Source: Rhodobiaceae bacterium (GTDB taxonomy: Bacteria > Pseudomonadota > Alphaproteobacteria > Rhizobiales > TMED25). From it: a DNA stretch of 64,000 nt. Below are positions 36,287 through 42,187 of this stretch, piece by piece. A program made the translations under genes and the position numbers. The number at the start of each line of letters is the position of its first letter. Positions within the stretch are counted from its first letter, which is position 1. Location: positions 27,895 through 91,894 of the forward strand of contig JABIEF010000050.1 of the NCBI GenBank assembly GCA_018651345.1, given 5' to 3'. The notes under the pieces were generated by a model. The model made no database searches, had not been told where the DNA came from, and saw nothing but the letters and a program-made list of their open reading frames with translations.

Positions 36287-38641
36287 ATGCCAACATTCTC
36301 AAAAGGTCTAGAAACAGCTCTTCATAAGGCCCTCTCTTTTGCAAAAGAAAAAAAACATGAATATGCAACGCTTGAACATTTGTTGTTTGCATTAACAAGT
36401 GACGAGGATAGCAGAGATCTTATGAAAGCTTGTTCTGTTGACATTGATATATTGAGTCTAAGTTTAACCGATTATATAGACAACGATCTTCGGGATTTAA
36501 TAACCAAAGAACTAGAGGACCCTAAGCCGACTACAAGCTTTCAAAGAGTTGTCCAAAGAGCTGTGATACATGTCCAGTCTTCAAATAAAGATGAAGTAAC
36601 CGGTGCAAATATATTGATAGCTATTTTTGCAGAAAGTGAAAGTTATGCTGCTTATTTCTTGCATCAACAAAATATGACTCGCTATGATGCTGTTAGTTAC
36701 CTCAGCCATGGTCTGTCTAAAAATCCTATGAATGACGATGACTCTGAAATAGAGCTAGGAGATTATTCTGATACTGACGCTAAGTCTTCTGCTATATTAA
36801 AATATTGTTCAAATCTTAATCAAAAAGCAATAGATGGTAAAATTGATCCAGTTATAGCAAGGGATCCAGAGATAATTAGAATTAGCCAGATTTTGTGTAG
36901 AAGAAGAAAAAATAATCCACTTCTTGTTGGAGATCCTGGTGTTGGAAAGACTGCTATTATTGAAGGACTAGCATTAAAAATTGTTAAAAAAGAGGTATCT
37001 GAATCTTTATTTGGAGCTCAAATATATCAGCTAGATATGGGACGTTTATTAGCAGGAACCCGATATAGAGGAGATTTTGAAGAAAGGCTCAAAGATGTAG
37101 TTCAAGAAATTGAATCTATAGATAAATCGATTTTATTTATAGATGAGATACATACAATTATTGGCTCCGGATCTACATCCGGTAGCACTATGGATGCTGC
37201 AAATCTATTAAAACCTTCGCTTCAGTCTGGCGCTTTAAGTTGCATTGGTTCGACGACCTATAAAGAATATAATCAATATTTTGAAAAAGACCGTGCTTTA
37301 GTTAGAAGGTTTCAAAAGATTGATATTGAAGAACCTAATCAGCAGGATAGTATAAAAATATTGTTAGGTCTTAAGCCTTATTTTGAAGATTTTTATAATA
37401 TAAAATTTAGCGATGAATCAATTGAAACAGCTGTAGAATTATCATCTAAATACATGCATGAAAAAAGACTCCCTGACAAAGCTATTGATGTAATCGATGA
37501 AACTGGTGCAAGTCAAATGATTCTGCCAAAAAATAAAAGAGTTAAAACAATTGGTGTGAAGGAGATAGAAAAGACTCTAGCTGTAATCGCAAGAATTCCA
37601 TCAAGAACTATTTCTAAAAGTGATAATAATTTACTTAAAAACCTTGAATCCAACCTAAAGCAACAAGTTTTCGGACAAGATGCTGCTATAAAGATGTTGG
37701 CATCTTCAATTAAATTGTCTAGATCTGGATTAAGGGATGAACAAAAACCTATAGGGTCATATTTGTTTTCTGGACCAACCGGCGTCGGCAAAACAGAATT
37801 AGCAAAACAATTAGCTGATATATTGGGAGTTGAGCTTTTAAGGTTCGATATGTCTGAGTATATGGAAAGACATACTGTCTCAAGGCTCATTGGAGCCCCA
37901 CCAGGGTACGTTGGATATGATCAGGGTGGATTATTAACCGATGGCATAGATAAGTCGCCCTATTGCGTCCTCTTACTTGATGAGATAGAAAAGGCCCATT
38001 TTGATTTATTTAATATATTATTACAAGTAATGGATTATGGCACGTTAACAGATCATAATGGCAAAAAAATTGATTTTAGAAATGTTGTTTTAATCATGAC
38101 GACTAATGCAGGGGCTGAGGACTTAACGAGAGAGAAAATTGGTTTTTCATCACAATTAAGCGAATTGAATGATGAGAATGAAGCAATAAAAAAATTATTT
38201 ACACCAGAATTTCGTAACCGTTTAGATTCTGTAATATCGTTTAATAAATTATCCCTCAATGTTATGAGACGTGTTGTAGATAAATTTATCATAAACCTTG
38301 AAAATCAACTGGATAAGAAGGGTGTTACAATAACCTTAAAACAAGAAGCTCACGATTGGTTTGCATTAAATGGTTGCGATACTAATTATGGGGCAAGACC
38401 ATTAGCAAGGCTAATAGATAAGCATATAAAGAAGCCGCTTGCAGACCACTTGCTTTTTGGCAAATTAAAAAAAGGTGGAAATGTTGAGGTGTGTCTGAAA
38501 GTTACAGGAAAAGCAAATTCAGAGATATTTATTAAAATCTCAGATCAAAAAGAGGTAGTGAAAAGAGAATTGGAGAATAAAAAGAAAACTTCTGATAAGA
38601 AATCCTCTTTAAAGAAAGTGGAAATAATAAATACAAATTAA
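36287..38641 (+). CDS. clpA: ATP-dependent Clp protease ATP-binding subunit ClpA
   Basis: 784 aa with two AAA+ modules (GDPGVGKTA and GPTGVGKTE Walker A), directly after clpS. Confidence 0.97.
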   Translation: MPTFSKGLETALHKALSFAKEKKHEYATLEHLLFALTSDEDSRDLMKACSVDIDILSLSLTDYIDNDLRDLITKELEDPKPTTSFQRVVQRAVIHVQSSNKDEVTGANILIAIFAESESYAAYFLHQQNMTRYDAVSYLSHGLSKNPMNDDDSEIELGDYSDTDAKSSAILKYCSNLNQKAIDGKIDPVIARDPEIIRISQILCRRRKNNPLLVGDPGVGKTAIIEGLALKIVKKEVSESLFGAQIYQLDMGRLLAGTRYRGDFEERLKDVVQEIESIDKSILFIDEIHTIIGSGSTSGSTMDAANLLKPSLQSGALSCIGSTTYKEYNQYFEKDRALVRRFQKIDIEEPNQQDSIKILLGLKPYFEDFYNIKFSDESIETAVELSSKYMHEKRLPDKAIDVIDETGASQMILPKNKRVKTIGVKEIEKTLAVIARIPSRTISKSDNNLLKNLESNLKQQVFGQDAAIKMLASSIKLSRSGLRDEQKPIGSYLFSGPTGVGKTELAKQLADILGVELLRFDMSEYMERHTVSRLIGAPPGYVGYDQGGLLTDGIDKSPYCVLLLDEIEKAHFDLFNILLQVMDYGTLTDHNGKKIDFRNVVLIMTTNAGAEDLTREKIGFSSQLSELNDENEAIKKLFTPEFRNRLDSVISFNKLSLNVMRRVVDKFIINLENQLDKKGVTITLKQEAHDWFALNGCDTNYGARPLARLIDKHIKKPLADHLLFGKLKKGGNVEVCLKVTGKANSEIFIKISDQKEVVKRELENKKKTSDKKSSLKKVEIINTN

Positions 38642-38649
38642 TACCAAAG

Positions 38650-39060
38650 TTAACTTTGAAGGTATTTTCTTAAAATTTTTGCCTGCTCCTCTGCAGCTTC
38701 ATTGGCTATGAAGTTTTTGTTCTCTTCTTTATAAAAAGGTATGATGTGTACATGTGTGTGGAATACAACTTGGCCTCCAGCTTCTTCACAGTTGTGTTGT
38801 ATTTTTATTCCATCAGCTTTAAAAGCTATCTTTTGTGCTTGTGCAATTTTTTGTACGATTAACATTAGTTTTGTTAGATCGTTTGTTTTTATATCAGTAA
38901 TATTTCTTGATTTATTCTTGGGTAGCACAAGAACATGTCCAGGAGCAATTGGAAAGGCGTCCATAATTGCTATTGTGTTTGTATCTTCGTAAACTTTAAT
39001 GAAAGGTATTTCATTTTTAATAATTTTTAAAAAAATATTTCTTTCATCATATTTAATCAT
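38650..39060 (-). CDS. HIT-family (histidine triad) nucleotide hydrolase
   Basis: 136 aa with the HTHVHIIP histidine-triad motif. Confidence 0.9.
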   Translation of the reverse strand: MIKYDERNIFLKIIKNEIPFIKVYEDTNTIAIMDAFPIAPGHVLVLPKNKSRNITDIKTNDLTKLMLIVQKIAQAQKIAFKADGIKIQHNCEEAGGQVVFHTHVHIIPFYKEENKNFIANEAAEEQAKILRKYLQS

Positions 39061-39069
39061 TCTGTTTCC

Positions 39070-40125
39070 TTATAATATTTTTTTGTAGGGCAGGCTATTT
39101 TCTAATTCTTCAAGATTTGAATTGTTTAGCTCACGTTCTTTTGTCAAATAATCCTTAATAACAGAATGTATCTCAGGAATATTCATGTAATGCGCTGAAT
39201 AAGTTAAAATAGGCACATAACCTCTTGATATTTTATGGTAACCGCCAGCTCCAGCTTCAATATATTGTAATTTATTTCTAATAGCATATTCAATAGCCTG
39301 ATAGAAACACAGCTCAAAATGTAAAAAACTATCATGTTTCTCACCGCCCCAGTATCTCCCGTAGAGTCTATCTTCTCCAATTATATGCAAACTTGAAGCA
39401 ATATAATTCAATCCATAGCGAGCTAATACCAACATCATTTTACTAGACATTTTTTCTGCAATTAAATTAAAGAATTCCCTGCTCAAATAAGCGTGTCCCC
39501 ATTTCCTATTACAGGTATCTTTGTAGAAGTTATAGAAAATATCAAGGTATTCTTCTGTAATATTTTTTCCTGATATTATTTCTATTTTGATGTCATTGTT
39601 TTCAACGTGTTTCCTTTCTTTACGTATCATTTTTCTTTTTCTGGAAGTTAGGTTTTCTAAAAAATTATCAAATGTCTGGTAGTTATTATTTTCCCATCTG
39701 AATTGTTGGCTTGTTCTTTGCAAGAAATTATTTGTTTGCAAAATATCTATCTCATTTTTTGTACAGAATGTGATATGAGCACTTGATAAACGCTCATTAT
39801 TTACAATAGATTTTATTGATAAAACTAATTGATTTATATCTGCATTATTTGCATCTTCGCTTAATAATAACTTGTTACTTGTAACAGGAGTGAATGGGAT
39901 GCAGGACTGTAATTTAGGATAATAATTTAGGCCAAGTTTGTCATAGAATTCAGCCCATGATTGATCAAATACATACTCACCATATGAATGTGATTTTATA
40001 TAAGAAGGCACGATTCCTAAGATTTTATTTTCATTATTCTTCATTATTATATGCTGTGTATTCCAACCTGTTTCCTTCGATACGCAGCCTGATTCTTCCA
40101 GCGAGCTTATAAATTCATATGACAT
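39070..40125 (-). CDS. FemAB-like/DUF482 (COG3146) GNAT-fold protein. True start probably upstream of the first ATG.
   Basis: 351 aa from the first ATG. The family-typical N-terminus (W...NPF.S.EF..LEESG) begins about 16 codons upstream of that ATG, in an open frame with no ATG/GTG/TTG (open to 40230). See findings. Confidence 0.8.
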   Translation of the reverse strand: MSYEFISSLEESGCVSKETGWNTQHIIMKNNENKILGIVPSYIKSHSYGEYVFDQSWAEFYDKLGLNYYPKLQSCIPFTPVTSNKLLLSEDANNADINQLVLSIKSIVNNERLSSAHITFCTKNEIDILQTNNFLQRTSQQFRWENNNYQTFDNFLENLTSRKRKMIRKERKHVENNDIKIEIISGKNITEEYLDIFYNFYKDTCNRKWGHAYLSREFFNLIAEKMSSKMMLVLARYGLNYIASSLHIIGEDRLYGRYWGGEKHDSFLHFELCFYQAIEYAIRNKLQYIEAGAGGYHKISRGYVPILTYSAHYMNIPEIHSVIKDYLTKERELNNSNLEELENSLPYKKIL

Positions 40126-40233
40126 GAATGGATTTTTAATTTTTAACCGATTCCATTCGACAGCTTCTATATTAGAAGCGCTATCTTCTATTGTAATTTT
40201 ATTAATTGTAATATTTTTTTCCTTAATTTTTTA

Positions 40234-40446
40234 TCATAGAATTTCAAATATTGCGTCAATTTCAACAGAGGCGTCAAGGGGTAGGGAATGGCAACTTATA
40301 GCTTACCATCAACAATTGCTAGCCGCCCTGATATAAATAATAAATTTCCTGATATATTGTAAGGCCTTATAAAGGCCGATAGATTTTTGAGAAATAGGTA
40401 ATTTAATTCCTTTTTTTTCTAATTTTTTTACTATTCTATCTGACAT
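40234..40446 (-). pseudogene. decayed RidA/YjgF-family gene (frameshift plus large internal deletion)
   Basis: Minus-strand translation gives MSDRIVKKLEKKGIKLPISQKSIGLYKALQY. A +1 shift gives SGNLLFISGRLAIVDGKL*. A third frame gives AISCHSLPLDASVEIDAIFEIL*. Only the N- and C-terminal blocks of a ~150-aa RidA protein remain. Confidence 0.7.
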
Positions 40447-40531
40447 AAAAATTTACTTTTCTTTGCTCTTGGTAATTTTATTAAATATTAATTATTTTAT
40501 AGGTATTTTAAAATATATTTTATATCTGTTT

Positions 40532-40576
40532 GTATTATTATACAAATATCTAAAATATATATTTGTATAATAATAC
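40532..40576. promoter_or_regulatory. 16-bp perfect inverted repeat with 13-bp spacer upstream of divK
   Basis: GTATTATTATACAAAT at 40532-40547 and ATTTGTATAATAATAC at 40561-40576 are exact reverse complements, 52 nt upstream of the divK ATG. Confidence 0.55.
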
Positions 40577-40628
40577 CATTTAGATAACCCGTGCTATGAA
40601 ATATTAACTTAAATTAAATGAAAATTAG

Positions 40629-41003
40629 ATGTCTATAAAAAATAGAAAAGTTCTTATTGTTGAAGATAATGAACTTAACATGAAACTATTTAACGATCTT
40701 TTAGTTACAATAGATTGCGAGGTAATACAATGCTTAGAGTCTCTTGCTGCTTTTAATCTCATACAAGTTAATATGCCAAATTTAATACTTATGGATATAC
40801 AATTACCAAAAATATCTGGTCTTGATATTATAAAGTGGGTTAAAGAAGACAGCAGTTTATCTCATATCCCTATTATAGCAATAACAGCTTTTGCCCTCCA
40901 AGAGGATAAAGATAAAATTCTTGCCTTAGGATGTGAAGGTTACATGTCCAAACCGATATCAATGCAACCTTTCTTAGATAAAGTTAATGAATATTTAGGT
41001 TAA
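40629..41003 (+). CDS. divK: single-domain response regulator, DivK-like
   Basis: 124-aa receiver-only protein. KVLIVEDNELNMKLF...LILMDIQLP.ISGL...KW.KED...HIP..A.TAFA...SKPIS closely follows my recollection of Caulobacter DivK. Confidence 0.75.
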   Translation: MSIKNRKVLIVEDNELNMKLFNDLLVTIDCEVIQCLESLAAFNLIQVNMPNLILMDIQLPKISGLDIIKWVKEDSSLSHIPIIAITAFALQEDKDKILALGCEGYMSKPISMQPFLDKVNEYLG

Positions 41004-41063
41004 AATTAAGAATTTTATATTTAATTAAATAAAAAGTTTTTATTTTAAACCTTATGTATTATA

Positions 41064-41093
41064 TTGCATCTAGAAATTTATTTTTTTTATAAA
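41064..41093 (+). promoter_or_regulatory. candidate promoter of the GC-rich RNA element
   Basis: TTGCAT at 41064-41069, an 18-nt spacer, then TATAAA at 41088-41093. This would start transcription at about 41097-41101, the base of helix P1. Confidence 0.35.
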
Positions 41094-41096
41094 TTT

Positions 41097-41240
41097 AATA
41101 ACCAACTTCTGTTTTTAAGGGTTTCCCTACGGAGTTGCTCAGGTCCGCCGCATCTCCTGGGTCCGTGGGGTTTAGGGTTGGTTGTTTGTAATTGTACATG
41201 GCCTCCTCCATAAGAAGATTGCATGCAACCAGCCAACTAT
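41097..41240 (+). ncRNA. candidate structured small RNA, unclassified (GC-rich island with CCUCCUCC motif)
   Basis: Helices 41097-41106/41177-41186 (10 bp), 41125-41133/41162-41170 (9 bp) and 41138-41143/41156-41161 (6 bp). Three G.U pairs fit the plus strand only. An alternative pairing is 41177-41184/41230-41237. CCTCCTCC lies at 41202-41209. Confidence 0.4.
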
Positions 41241-41276
41241 TTCAATTATAAATTGAGGTTCATAATTTAAAGAAAA

Positions 41277-41444
41277 TTATTTAATTTTTGTTTCTTTGAA
41301 TTCAACGTGTTTTCTTGCAACTGGGTCATATTTTTTTACAACAAATTTCTCAGTTAATGTTCTTGAATTCTTTTTTGTTACATAAAAATATCCAGTACCT
41401 GCGGTACTTTCTAATTTAATTTTAATGCTTGCTGCTTTAGCCAT
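41277..41444 (-). CDS. rpmG: 50S ribosomal protein L33 (non-zinc form)
   Basis: Hand translation gives [55 protein letters not shown] (55 aa). Absent from the ORF track, which lists nothing this short. Confidence 0.92.
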   Translation of the reverse strand: MAKAASIKIKLESTAGTGYFYVTKKNSRTLTEKFVVKKYDPVARKHVEFKETKIK

Positions 41445-41508
41445 TATTATATCCACATTTAATTTAACTAATTATATGTAATAAAGTAGATTGCCTATAT
41501 ATGTCAAG

Positions 41509-42183
41509 CTAACGCTGTAACCATTTTACTTTTTTTTTGTTTTTACTGGTGTAATATAAAGGGATGCTAATATTTCTATAATTACGCTCTTCCGATATTC
41601 TAATATTAATTTTAAGTAATTTTAATATTCGCTTTGTAATAGGAGGGATATCAAGGTTTATCGCCTTGTCCAAGTTGTACCAGTCAATATCAAGTAATTC
41701 ATTAGAATTAACACGACTATACTTTGTTATATATTTTGAATTTACAAGGAAAAATCTATTATCAAAGCGTATCCTGGAATGAGGGGGTGTAATTGCCCTA
41801 GCTATTAATTTAATATTACCTACGCGAGGATAATCTGATAATTTTCTTAATTTATTATTATCATCGTTAAGAAAACTATAATTGTCACAACCGATAATTA
41901 CACCCGTCTCTTCGTAAGCTTCTCTTAGCGCACAAAAATAATGAGCGAGATGATTTTTTAATTGAATATCTGAGGAAAGTAATTTTTTAAATTCTGGTAG
42001 TTTTTTTACTTGATTGCTTACCTTTACATCAATTTCATCTAACTTCCCGCCGGGGAATACTATTTTATTGGGCATAAATTTATGGAAAGAGTTGCGTTTT
42101 CCCATAAGAATTTCTATTGAATTGCTATTTTTTCTTATTACTATGAGGCTTGCTGATTCTCTTGGTATAACATCTGCATCCAT
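41509..42183 (-). CDS. NUDIX-family hydrolase with interrupted Nudix box
   Basis: 224 aa. FPGGKLDEID ... ALREAYEETGVI are the two halves of the Nudix box, separated by extra residues. Confidence 0.75.
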   Translation of the reverse strand: MDADVIPRESASLIVIRKNSNSIEILMGKRNSFHKFMPNKIVFPGGKLDEIDVKVSNQVKKLPEFKKLLSSDIQLKNHLAHYFCALREAYEETGVIIGCDNYSFLNDDNNKLRKLSDYPRVGNIKLIARAITPPHSRIRFDNRFFLVNSKYITKYSRVNSNELLDIDWYNLDKAINLDIPPITKRILKLLKINIRISEERNYRNISIPLYYTSKNKKKVKWLQR

Positions 42184-42187
42184 TGTG

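Noticed and set aside
40124-40336. 70-aa plus-strand ORF in the track.
   Set aside because: It is antisense to the DUF482 upstream frame and the RidA remnant. The sequence is low-complexity and there is no SD. The region is explained by the minus-strand features.
40604-40617. CtrA-box-like TTAA...TTAA just upstream of divK.
   Set aside because: The spacing is N6, not the N7 of the TTAA-N7-TTAA consensus. TTAA is extremely frequent in this AT-rich DNA.
41095-41240. Identification of the GC-rich element as SRP (4.5S) RNA, tmRNA, 6S RNA, or a PqqA/mycofactocin-like RiPP precursor.
   Set aside because: - SRP: only a 9-nt UCAGGUCCG match. It lacks the GNAR tetraloop and the GGAAGCAGC domain IV core.
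- tmRNA: no TPsiC-arm GGTTCGA and no Ala-rich tag frame.
- 6S RNA: the element is too short.
- RiPP precursor: the 34-aa peptide ends EVGY, not E-x3-Y or GVY, and no maturation genes flank it.
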